DNA of 61,509 nt, filler included, from Hausera hauseri (lineage: Eukaryota), in the NCBI GenBank assembly GCA_046269625.1. It is 11 parts of 11 records of this genome, joined end to end, with 100 filler letters (N's around TTAATTAATTAA, not from the genome) between each part and the next. Parts side by side here need not be neighbours in the genome. Positions count along the whole stretch, not along the records: positions 17,580 to 30,605 come from JBJURY010002236.1; positions 30,706 to 36,323 come from JBJURY010219742.1; 9 more parts are not named here. One strand, given 5' to 3'. The notes under the pieces were generated by a model, which worked only from the letters and a program-made list of their open reading frames with translations, made no database searches and was not told the DNA's origin. Positions 24,082 to 33,700 of the stretch are shown piece by piece; the stretch's first letter is position 1; each line of letters starts with the position of its first letter. The position numbers were made by a program, and so were the translations under genes.

Positions 24082-25329
24082 TCAAGTATTTTCCGGCACC
24101 GTGATTTGAAGGCTATGTTGCTCTATCAGCTGAACAGTCCGGAGTGGGGAATATGGTTTTATACCTGTTCTGTGTTTTCTGTTTATTTGTTCTGGTTCTA
24201 TTGAGTTGCATAACTTGTTCATGACATTTGTAGGGGTCCACTCATGTTCCCATTTTAATTTGACATAAATTTGTTGTAGGTATCTAGATCGTTGGCTCGC
24301 CGACAAGAGTCTAGGTATTTTACCTTGATTATCGATCATTGCTTCGATAGTCATTTTGAAGAAGGCTTCTGGCGCGGTGGTTATATTTTTCTCTTGCATT
24401 GTTTTTGCTACCTGTTTTCGTACTACTGGGTGATGAGCTATCTCCCTAAATCCGGCAATGTTTGCCTCGGATATTTCTAGTAGCTCTACCTCGCTTTGTA
24501 CATAGTATCCGGTTAACATACAACCGTATAGGCAGTGCTCCAATTCCGATCGTACTTGGTTGATGTCTCTTCCAGTTAATAGTTGTTCTTTTCTCAACCC
24601 CGTCTTCTCTGCATACGATTCTTGCACGTGTTTTCTGGGGTTAATGATAGTTGAATAAATTTCTGTTCCACTTCTTTCTCTTATAGAAACCTCTATAGGT
24701 ACTCCATATCCATCGTCTCCTCTTCCATAATTTATCGCCAAAATTCTTATATTTCGTCCGTCCTGGACTAATCTATAGGCTTGTTGGTGCTTGTCCTTTT
24801 CTTCTTCGGTTGGGATTTGTGAAAATTGCAATGCTGGCAAACCTAAGTTGCAGCTTTCCTTGCTGGTTATTTCGAACATCAACTTGACAGGTAATGCCGC
24901 TATCCGAAATTCTATTTCATAGTTGATAGATGCTAAACCCTGTCCACTAATTTTGAACGTGCTAAAACGATATTGGCGCCCTTCATTATTTTCCCACGGC
25001 TGGTTCTTGATCCTGTAATAAATCTCTCCATCTGCGAGATGTATAAATAGGTTTTCTACTCGGTTTATCTTATTATGGATTAGCTCTTTTAAATCGTATG
25101 ATTTGGCTTGGTGATTTTCTTTCATTGCATATAATAGGACAATTCGGCTTTCTTCTGTCGTTCCTTTTAAATCGTTTGGGATTTCGGTAACTTTTCGGTA
25201 TTCCAGGTACGTCTTTGCCTGTAATGCGTCGTTGATTCTCCTGTATAATCCTTTGGATTTTGGGATGAGGATGGTTCCATACTCCTGCAGGAAAGCGTCG
25301 ATCCTAGGTCGGCGGTTCGTACTTACCAT
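24082..25329 (-). CDS. Accessory ORF with a REX4/ISG20-like DEDDh exonuclease fold lacking the catalytic acidic residues
   Basis: ILAINYGRG..EVSI..SGTEIYSTIINP..V..Y..KTGLRKEQL..INQVRSELEHCLYGCMLTGYYVQSEVELL..FREIA follows the REX4 pattern ALDCEMVG..RVSIV..G.V.YD.YV.P..V.DYRT..SGI...L..F..V..EV..LL.G.ILVGH....D...L..RDT. Confidence 0.65.
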   Translation of the reverse strand: MVSTNRRPRIDAFLQEYGTILIPKSKGLYRRINDALQAKTYLEYRKVTEIPNDLKGTTEESRIVLLYAMKENHQAKSYDLKELIHNKINRVENLFIHLADGEIYYRIKNQPWENNEGRQYRFSTFKISGQGLASINYEIEFRIAALPVKLMFEITSKESCNLGLPALQFSQIPTEEEKDKHQQAYRLVQDGRNIRILAINYGRGDDGYGVPIEVSIRERSGTEIYSTIINPRKHVQESYAEKTGLRKEQLLTGRDINQVRSELEHCLYGCMLTGYYVQSEVELLEISEANIAGFREIAHHPVVRKQVAKTMQEKNITTAPEAFFKMTIEAMIDNQGKIPRLLSASQRSRYLQQIYVKLKWEHEWTPTNVMNKLCNSIEPEQINRKHRTGIKPYSPLRTVQLIEQHSLQITVPENT

Positions 25330-25475
25330 TCTGAAACAAAATACAAAATAAGGGTTAATCCTAAAACAAAATATTGTTCTAAATTTGAACCAATTCTTTG
25401 TTTGATGGTGGAATAACCCGAGCTGTAGTTGTCAGGTTATTCCATCATTAATTTCATTCTATGGTACCATCACCC

Positions 25476-26880
25476 TTAATTCCCTTTCATTAACTTTATG
25501 GCGCTTAATACAACAGTTTTGGCAATTGATCGAAAAATCGCAATTATCATTATGAGAGCGAACACTGACATAGCAATAACCGATATTAGTGACATTGTTG
25601 TCCATTTAATCGAATTTTCTATTTTGGCGGTAGTTACTATCTCATCAGTCATTTTATCGTCTTTCGGTTGATGCTTTATAGAAATCTCGTTTAAAGTTCG
25701 TGCTACGAATACTACGCTTTGTTTATTCTTTGCTTTTATTTGTAATATATAATTCGTTTTGGGTTTTAATCTAATACATTTAGTCTGATAGCTGCCTTTC
25801 CGTAACTTTACTTTTTGGTTGTTGTATAGTGTTCGGCAGTTTATTTCTACTTCGTATTTGAGAGCTTCTTCTACGTTAAACGTTATCTCTTGTTGCTGTG
25901 CCTGATATTTTACTGGAATCATTTCAATTTTCTCTGATAGTTTCTCTGATAGTGAATCGGTTGTTCGGTGGAGTCCGGTAGGAGCTGGGGAAGTTATATT
26001 TATTTTCGTAATCGTAGTTTTGTTTAGTTTTGACATAGTCCCTTGGAATAAATTTTTCAATAAGTAGCTTCCTAAGAAGATACTTGGCTGATTAATTCTT
26101 GTTTCATACAAGTCTAATCGAATTCTATATCTCTGTGCTGGAGGCGTTTTACAACATCTATCGGGCCTTTCCGTGTTAATCTGACAGTATTGTTGTTTTA
26201 ATGTCGGTTTTCCTTCCTCAAAGAAGTTAACTGTGATTACTCGTGCTTTGATTAGTCGTCCTTTAGTGCTGATTTGAATACATTGATTCTTCCGGTTTTC
26301 TTCTACACTTGCTACGTTTTCTTCTAACATTCGTTTAAGTGGATCCATAGATTGGAATAGGTCTTCTAGCTTTGTATTTAGATAATCTCCATAGTTTCGT
26401 GGTAGTACTAAATATGAATTCAAGCTTATTTCCGCTTGTACTTTATCACAATTCGGTGGATATAATTGATATCGCATGGTATAATAATGTCCATATTTCA
26501 CGTTACAACAAATCGTATCATCTTCTGGCTCGAATCTACATTCGATTTCTTCATTGTTCGATATGTCACAGAGTAGTATCCTGGTTTGCTCTTTTCGTAA
26601 GTCTGGTAATCTAAATCCGACACATGGGGCTTCTGGTGAAAAGTAATCGATTGTTACGGCTCGTAAGAATTTTTCATCTCTTAGATCTATTTTCTTTTCG
26701 GGAAGCTTTTCTGGGGGCTTTAACCCATTTAACCCAATTTTTCTAATTCCGTATACATCACTTAACGAACTTTCATCAATCCACCATTGTGCTTGAGTCT
26801 TGGGCGTTAACACAGCAATTAATGATAAAGCTACTATGATTTGCGCATACGATACTGGTCTGGTGATAATTGATGAGGCC
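25476..26880 (-). other. Env-like segment of Pol: internal signal peptide, three FN3-like modules, C-terminal TM helix
   Basis: Signal YAQIIVALSLIAVLTPKTQA|QWW. Repeats CCNVKYGHYYTMRYQLY..ISLNSYL, CCKTPPAQRYRIRLDLY..IFLGSYL and CIRLKPKTNYILQIKAKN. Sequons NKT and NIT. TM SLISVIAMSVFALIMIIAIF. Confidence 0.7.
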
Positions 26881-29800
26881 TTATTTTTACGTGGTCTCAG
26901 ATTGTACTGTTTGATCGGTTTTATGTCCGTTTTAACTACTCTTTGCACTGACACAACTTCTTCCTTTCCATTTTTATTAACATATACTGTGGTTGGCGTT
27001 GTGCGGAGTACTTCATATGGTCCTCTTCCGGTACGTGTTAATTTTAAAGACGTACCCTTCTTTGCGACTGGATAATGTATATAAACCCATTTTCCTTTTT
27101 CCAGATCGTGAGGCTTGATCTTTTTATCGTATTGTTTCGTAAATTGTTCCTGATATTCTAGTGATAGTGTTTTCGCGACTTCCCAACATTTCTGTAGTCT
27201 CGTTTGCAGAACTTCCGCAAAGTTTTGCTCCAGATCTTCAAGATTCATTTCGTATGGTGTCATGCCTAAATCGGTAGGCAAGATTGCTTCTCGTCCGTAC
27301 ATCATAAAAAACGGTGTAAATCCTGTTGCTGGATGTGGGGTAGTATTAATTGCGAATTGAGTTCCTTCTAAAAATTCATCCCAATCTTTTTGATCCTTTG
27401 CTACTACCGTTGATAATATTCGAATAACTGTTGCATTCATTCGTTCTACCATTCCATTGCATTGAGGGTGATATGCAGTTGTCGTTAAACGTTCGATTTC
27501 AAATATTTTGGTGATCTTCTCAAATAATTCACTTGTAAAGTTTCTCCCTCTATCTGTTAGTATCTGTTCCGGCGGTCCGTATCTGCAAATAATTTTTCTT
27601 ACTACTGCATTGGCTAAAGTTTCTGCTTTTTGATCTATCAGTGGTACTAGTTCAACGAAATGCGTTAATCGGTCTACGCATGTTAGGATATATCTGTTTT
27701 CCTTATGTGTTTTAGGTAAGGGTCCCACTATATCCATTGACATAGCTTGCATTGGCCTGTCTGGCACATTTATAGGTTTTAATTCTGCTACATAGCCTTT
27801 TGATTTCTTTTGTTTGGTGGCACAAACTTCACAAGCTCCTACCCAATTCTTTACGTCAATGTAAATACTTGGCCAATAATATTTATTTAATATCCTTTCT
27901 AGCGTCTTTTTCCAAGACATATGTCCGGCTAAGTATGAATCGTGTTCTGCCATAAGCACTTCGGGTCGCAATCCCTTTGGAATAACTATCAGTCTCCGTC
28001 CTTTTCGTTCGTAGTATAAGACGTTATCTTGGTTTGTCGCGTGATATTTATGTCCGTGTTTTTGTAGGTGCTTTTTCAATTGTCGTCCTTTCTGTAGTTC
28101 ATCGTTTTGTACGAATTCAATAATTTGTTGAATAACTGCATCCTTAGCTTGTTCAGCTGTAATTCTAACTGTTTTGTCCAATATTAGAGTTCTCTGTCGT
28201 TCAACCAGCTGTTCGAGTTGCGGTTTCTTAAATACCGTGATCGCACTGGTTTTTGTTTTTAGTCTTGACAGTGCATCAGCATCCACGTGTTTGCTACCAG
28301 GTTTATACTGGAATTCAATATTATATCTTGAGATCTCTTCAATCCAACGGTTTAATCTACATGTCGGATTATTAGCCCGGCCTTTTAGTGTCGTAACTGC
28401 TTTGTGATCCGTTACTATGATTATCTTTTGTCCATAAACATAGACATTAAAATGTCGTAGCGCTTCTTTTACGGCCAACGTTTCCAATTCTGTAACTGAA
28501 TAATTCTTTTCTGCTTTCTTTAATGAACGTCCTCCGTAAGCTATTGGATGTTCTAATTCTTCGTCTTCGCGTTTTTGAGCTAACTCATACCCGATGCCTT
28601 CTTTGCTTGCATCCGTCTTAATAATAAATGGTAGGTTGAAGTCCGGGTACCTTAAGACTGGTTCGCTAGTTAAAATCCTTTTCATTTCGTCGAATGCCTT
28701 TTGTTCTGCTTCTGTCCATTTCCACTTAATTCCTTTTTTAAGCAATCGATATAGTGGGGCATTAATCTTTGAGTTGTCTGGTACGTAAGTGGCGTAATAT
28801 CCACATAATCCTAACCAGTGTCTCAATTCTTTTTGGTTCTGTGGTTCCATACAGTCCGATATTTTATTTAATAATGATTTATAAGGTTTCGATCCTCCTT
28901 CTCCAACTATGTGTCCAAGATACGACACTGCATTTTGTGCCCATTTACATTTCTTTGGATTTAGCTTTAATCCGGCTTGTTCTAGTCGCATAAGTGTGTC
29001 TTCAATATCTTTTAGATGTTCTTTTTCTGTTCTTGATGCTATCATCACGTCATCTAAATACGCAAATGCATGATCAAGTCCCATGAGCATTTTATTCATC
29101 ATTCTAGTAAAAATAGCTGGTCCTGTGGTGATACCAAAAGGCATAACATTAAATTCATATACACCATCGTGTGTTTTAAATGCCGTTTTATATCGATCTT
29201 CTTCTTCGATTTCCACCTGCCAATATCCCGATTGTAAGTCGAGAGTTGTAAACCATTTTGCTCCTGATAGTCTATCTAAAGCTTCCTTCACTGATGGTAA
29301 GGGAAATGAATCTTTCATCATTAGTGTGTTCAATGCTCGATAGTCTATACAAAACCTATGTTTCGTAGTTCCCTTCTTTTTAACCATAAGTATAGGTGAA
29401 TACCATGATCGGTAACTTGGTCGAATTATGTCGGCCTTTAATATTCGTTCGATTTCTTTAGTTATTTCTGGTCTCAGTGAATGAGGAGGTGGATACCACT
29501 TAGGCATCTTTTGTTCTTCTAGATCGATTTCGTCGTCTGAACCCGGTTTCTTTCTTAATGGTATCGCTAATTTTAAGGCTTTTGCTCTGCCGATGTCTTT
29601 TTCATTTTGTGCTATTATTGAACTGAATTTACATAGTAATTCATAGAATTTGCAGTATGCTTCTGGAGAAAATTTGGTTTCTACATGAGGCGGAAACTCG
29701 GCACACTTATATGGTTTTTCTTCCATTGTTATTGCGGATACTTGATAAGTCTGACCTAACGTAGTGTTAGCATATAACCTCGCTATCGTTGGTGCATTGT

Positions 29801-30605
29801 TCACTAGTCTGAAGGGTATGCGTCCTGTCACTACTCTGCAAAGAATATTACTAAACATGATGTTCGGATCGATATTCCCTTGAGGTTCAAAATATACTGG
29901 CAGATCATCATCTTGTCGAATTTGTGCGAAAATTATCATCTCCGTTCTAGGCGGGATGTCTTCATCCACTGGAATCCATACTTCACCCGATTTCCTTTCT
30001 TTTATTATTTTAGTTCCTTTTATCGGTTCTATCTCAATCAGTTTTCCATTGTGTAGGTCAATTGCCATACCTGGTATCTGTTTCAATATATCACATCCTA
30101 ATACTACATCGTCCGTTAGCTGATCCATTACGGCAAATTCATGTTGAAGGGCTTGGCCCATCATATAAACAGTAGGGGTCCACTTGAATTTCGGTTTCGA
30201 CACTTGTCCAAAAGCTCCTATGCTACCTGGGTCTGAAGATGATGGTGGACACAAATGCTTCCGTAATGTGGTTGGTATTGATTCGTTTTTTACAAATGAT
30301 TTTTCCGATTCTGTATCGATCAAAGCGTATACTTCCCAATCTTCGATATTGATTTTAGCAAAGGGTCTTCCTTCTGCTACTGTTCCGTAGCAATTCGATT
30401 CTACCTTTTTCCGTTTTATCGTAGAGACTCTATATCCGTTTATTGTTACTTCCGGTGGCAATGTAACGTTTTGTCTTAATTGTTCCAATTCTTCACTAGG
30501 GTATAATTCGTTATTTGTTATTTCAGTAACGCGATTATCGAGGAGTGGTTCTTGAGGCGGAACATTTAAGTTCGAGCGCATTCGTGGATTCTCCCAAATT
30601 GTCGT
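25476..30605 (-). CDS. pol: Pol polyprotein (PR, dUTPase-like spacer, RT, RNase H, IN) fused in frame to a type I membrane protein
   Basis: PR: LIDTES and VVLGCD. RT: RFCIDYRALN, LDLQSGYWQ, MPFG, YLDD. RNase H: TDAS, ELETLA, TDHKA, ADALSR. IN: H-x6-H..CEVC, MDIVGP, TDRG, NGMVERMN, GPY, YNLRPR. A ~465-aa extension follows without a stop. Confidence 0.95.
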   Translation of the reverse strand, partial: TTIWENPRMRSNLNVPPQEPLLDNRVTEITNNELYPSEELEQLRQNVTLPPEVTINGYRVSTIKRKKVESNCYGTVAEGRPFAKINIEDWEVYALIDTESEKSFVKNESIPTTLRKHLCPPSSSDPGSIGAFGQVSKPKFKWTPTVYMMGQALQHEFAVMDQLTDDVVLGCDILKQIPGMAIDLHNGKLIEIEPIKGTKIIKERKSGEVWIPVDEDIPPRTEMIIFAQIRQDDDLPVYFEPQGNIDPNIMFSNILCRVVTGRIPFRLVNNAPTIARLYANTTLGQTYQVSAITMEEKPYKCAEFPPHVETKFSPEAYCKFYELLCKFSSIIAQNEKDIGRAKALKLAIPLRKKPGSDDEIDLEEQKMPKWYPPPHSLRPEITKEIERILKADIIRPSYRSWYSPILMVKKKGTTKHRFCIDYRALNTLMMKDSFPLPSVKEALDRLSGAKWFTTLDLQSGYWQVEIEEEDRYKTAFKTHDGVYEFNVMPFGITTGPAIFTRMMNKMLMGLDHAFAYLDDVMIASRTEKEHLKDIEDTLMRLEQAGLKLNPKKCKWAQNAVSYLGHIVGEGGSKPYKSLLNKISDCMEPQNQKELRHWLGLCGYYATYVPDNSKINAPLYRLLKKGIKWKWTEAEQKAFDEMKRILTSEPVLRYPDFNLPFIIKTDASKEGIGYELAQKREDEELEHPIAYGGRSLKKAEKNYSVTELETLAVKEALRHFNVYVYGQKIIIVTDHKAVTTLKGRANNPTCRLNRWIEEISRYNIEFQYKPGSKHVDADALSRLKTKTSAITVFKKPQLEQLVERQRTLILDKTVRITAEQAKDAVIQQIIEFVQNDELQKGRQLKKHLQKHGHKYHATNQDNVLYYERKGRRLIVIPKGLRPEVLMAEHDSYLAGHMSWKKTLERILNKYYWPSIYIDVKNWVGACEVCATKQKKSKGYVAELKPINVPDRPMQAMSMDIVGPLPKTHKENRYILTCVDRLTHFVELVPLIDQKAETLANAVVRKIICRYGPPEQILTDRGRNFTSELFEKITKIFEIERLTTTAYHPQCNGMVERMNATVIRILSTVVAKDQKDWDEFLEGTQFAINTTPHPATGFTPFFMMYGREAILPTDLGMTPYEMNLEDLEQNFAEVLQTRLQKCWEVAKTLSLEYQEQFTKQYDKKIKPHDLEKGKWVYIHYPVAKKGTSLKLTRTGRGPYEVLRTTPTTVYVNKNGKEEVVSVQRVVKTDIKPIKQYNLRPRKNKASSIITRPVSYAQIIVALSLIAVLTPKTQAQWWIDESSLSDVYGIRKIGLNGLKPPEKLPEKKIDLRDEKFLRAVTIDYFSPEAPCVGFRLPDLRKEQTRILLCDISNNEEIECRFEPEDDTICCNVKYGHYYTMRYQLYPPNCDKVQAEISLNSYLVLPRNYGDYLNTKLEDLFQSMDPLKRMLEENVASVEENRKNQCIQISTKGRLIKARVITVNFFEEGKPTLKQQYCQINTERPDRCCKTPPAQRYRIRLDLYETRINQPSIFLGSYLLKNLFQGTMSKLNKTTITKINITSPAPTGLHRTTDSLSEKLSEKIEMIPVKYQAQQQEITFNVEEALKYEVEINCRTLYNNQKVKLRKGSYQTKCIRLKPKTNYILQIKAKNKQSVVFVARTLNEISIKHQPKDDKMTDEIVTTAKIENSIKWTTMSLISVIAMSVFALIMIIAIFRSIAKTVVLSAIKLMKGN

Positions 30606-30705
30606 NNNNNNNNNNNNNNNNNNNNNNNNNNNNNNNNNNNNNNNNNNNNTTAATTAATTAANNNNNNNNNNNNNNNNNNNNNNNNNNNNNNNNNNNNNNN
30701 NNNNN

Positions 30706-33700
30706 AGGAAGAGGGCCAACGAGATCAACATGAACAGACTCGAAACGTGATGTGCAAGGGAAATGATATAGTGGTGGCTTCAGATGTTTGGTGGTTTTAA
30801 ATTTCTGGCAAGCCACGCACTCCTTAACCCACGCTTGCACATCAGAACGCATATTCGGCCATATTACTTGCCGGTGGAGTAAGCGAAAAGTTGCATTAGC
30901 GCCAGGATGGTGCAGTTAATGTACACTGTTAAACGCTTGCCGTTGTAAAGGTGGTGCGAGAATTATTATGGAAATACCTGGTTCGGAAATGTCTAAAGCC
31001 ACTCCGTTAACAGTTGTGTAAGACTTAAAAAAATTAAGCATGTCCTAAGGTGGCTGGTTCTGTTGGAGTTGTACGTGAGAGAAAATTGTTGAAAAATTAA
31101 TAGAACCAACCGCCCTAGATAGAAAATCGGCAACCAAATTATTAACCCCGTTAATATGTTTAAGGTCAAAGTTAAATGTTGACAAATATGATATCTGTCA
31201 TTCTTGGTATGAAGAAGGATGTTTCATAGGCATGATGTTTAGCAAGGACTTGTGATCGGCCTGTATAGTAAAACGGCGAGCGAAAAGTAGGTGGGAGAAA
31301 TGCTTTAAAGAGAGATCTATGACCAATAATTCTCGATCGAACGTTTAATATTGAGTTTCAGGGGATTCTACCCGCATCAGGCTTGGGAAAAGCAAGAATG
31401 TCGACGATCTTAATTCCTTCGCGTAGTTTATCAAACTTATCAACCAGATCAGGTGTCTACTGGATTGGCTAATGTTTTTGCCGCCGCCTAAGTAAGAAAA
31501 TGTTGCGGTATGTTCAAAGCAGTACGGCACATACTTGTGAATGAAGTGCAAAGTTCCCAAAAAGCTCCTCATTTCAGTTGTTGTTAGGGATAGTTGTATA
31601 CTATTGAGAGCTTCAACACGTTCTGGCTGAGGAGAATGACCATTTTCCGAAATTATGTCCGAGAAAGTTAATACGCTTTTGGAAGAAAGGATATTTCGTA
31701 AAATTAATTTGTAAATTATGGTGGTTGAGTCGTTAAAAAATAGAACAAAGGTGTTCCTCATGCTGTTTGGTTGAAGACAAAGCAATTAAGGTATCGTCGA
31801 TATATGGATGCACGAAACTAAAATCGGAAAGGATAGAATCAATGTGACGTTGGAAAGTCAGCGCAGCATTGCGTAAACCAAATGGTATATAAATGTATTC
31901 GTACAGACCCAAAGGTGTCGTAACGTCAGTTTTCTCAATGTCCTCGGGTGCTACAGAAATTTGATGATATGTCTTGGCTAAGTCCATGGTAGAATATACT
32001 GTAGTGAAATTAAGCCGGTACAGGATATCCTAAATTAATGGTAAAGGGTATGCGTCCGTAACAGTCAAAGTGTTTAGTTGACGGTAATCACCACAAGATC
32101 GGAAGGATCCATCCTTTTTTGGACAACGTGTAAAAGCGAAGACCACGGCGATTTAGATCTGCGTACAATACCGAAGCGTTCAAGGTTTAGAAATTTTGCT
32201 TCGACAGCTTACTTACGATGAGGTGACAATGGACGTACCTTTTGAAAAATAGGTCGTTGATGTTGTTTATGATGTGATAAAAAGTGCTGTTTGTAAGTGA
32301 AAAGGTTCGGTCCTTCTGAATTAAGTGGTGGCATGAAGTGTGTATGTATTGCCGTAGACTTGCACGCAATTGCGAGAAATTGGGTGATGTTGATTGTGTA
32401 GAGTCAATATGTGCAGAGACGAGTGATGTTTGCGAATTATTAAAATAAAATGGAATTTGATGTAGGGTAGTAGTATTAAAATAGTGTTTAAAGAGGTAAT
32501 TTTGTCTAGTGAATGTACTGAACCAACGGAATCGTAGTTGTCAAAACCAAATCTCAACTAAATATCGATATTATCATTAAAAATTTACGAAATGAAAAAT
32601 GCTCGTTGAAGAGATTTGGATTACTTACAGGATTTTTGAGTATAGGCTTCCGCGGAAAGATCGTTTGCACCTTAGCGGATATACAATTTATTCGGTCGGT
32701 AAGATATCCAGTAGTGTTACGTTTCAAACATTTTTGTTTGCAATCAACTAAAAGATATAGTAAGATAAAAAATCCGAACCTAGGACTGCTGCGCGGACAT
32801 TAGCGACGGTAAACGTCCAATGAAACTTTGACTGAAAGTTTGGTAAGGTGAACGACAATTTAGATGTACTCGAAAGGTCTAGAGGTTCTCCTGAAGCCGT
32901 AAATAACGATTTAGCTTTGAATGGTGAATTTTGTAGAGGGAAAGTGAGTGGTAGCAAAGAAACCGCAGCGCCTGTGTCGATAAGGAAATCTATGGGTTGA
33001 GCTGTTGGTGTGGTTATCGAAGCCTTTATTGTAAAGATTGCAAAAAAAGTGTGTCGGCAGGTAGTATTAGATTAGGTGCCTTTGCCAGACTCTGCTGTGA
33101 GTACTGGCAGCGAAATTAGTTTTTTGGATTGGTGACATTAACTGACTATTACTAGGGGAAATAGAACGTCTGTCCATAGTATGGTTAGCGTTATTCTTAT
33201 AGTTGCAGCCTGAAAGACATTTATGAGCGTGAAATCCAAATTTCGCATGGTAGATGCAAACAATCTTGTCTGAATATAAATTTGGAGTGTAATATCTACA
33301 CCATAAACAGCATTTCTTAACTTTATTGTGAAATTTGCTATGACAATAGCACACAAAAGATCATGTAGGCGATGGTGACCTGTTTTTGGAAACAGAACAA
33401 GTACGATTATAAATAGAAATACTTCGTCGTGGTAATGAAAGATTGTTCAACCTATTATTAATGTTATTTATTGTCTGTTGTAATGCTAAATTTTCAGCGC
33501 GTAATTGACTCAACTGTTGCTCTATTGTTGTGTTGAGTTGATTGTCGCTTGTTGTGACCGCTGCTGATACAATTGGTTGGGAATTCAATTGTAGCACTTC
33601 ATATGCTTTATCAGCCAATTCCGCCAATTTATCCAACTTCGTAGATTCCTCAACAACGGTAATGAGTGCCCTAATTTGTATAGGCAACGCGTTTAAGAAA

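Larger units (their letters stand above)
17580..30605 (-). mobile_element. Large Ty3/Gypsy LTR retroelement, circularly permuted (pol-env-like > accessory > LTR > gag)
   Basis: PR-RT-RH-IN domain order. A single LTR is flanked by a PPT upstream and a PBS downstream. All ORFs are co-oriented. Confidence 0.95.

Noticed and set aside
29750-29990. Active dUTPase between PR and RT
   Set aside because: Only the degenerate beta-rich spacer common in Gypsy Pol; catalytic motifs are absent.
17797-30390. Plus-strand ORFs antisense to gag/pol (e.g. 19798-20454)
   Set aside because: Shadow frames of biased coding sequence with no motifs.
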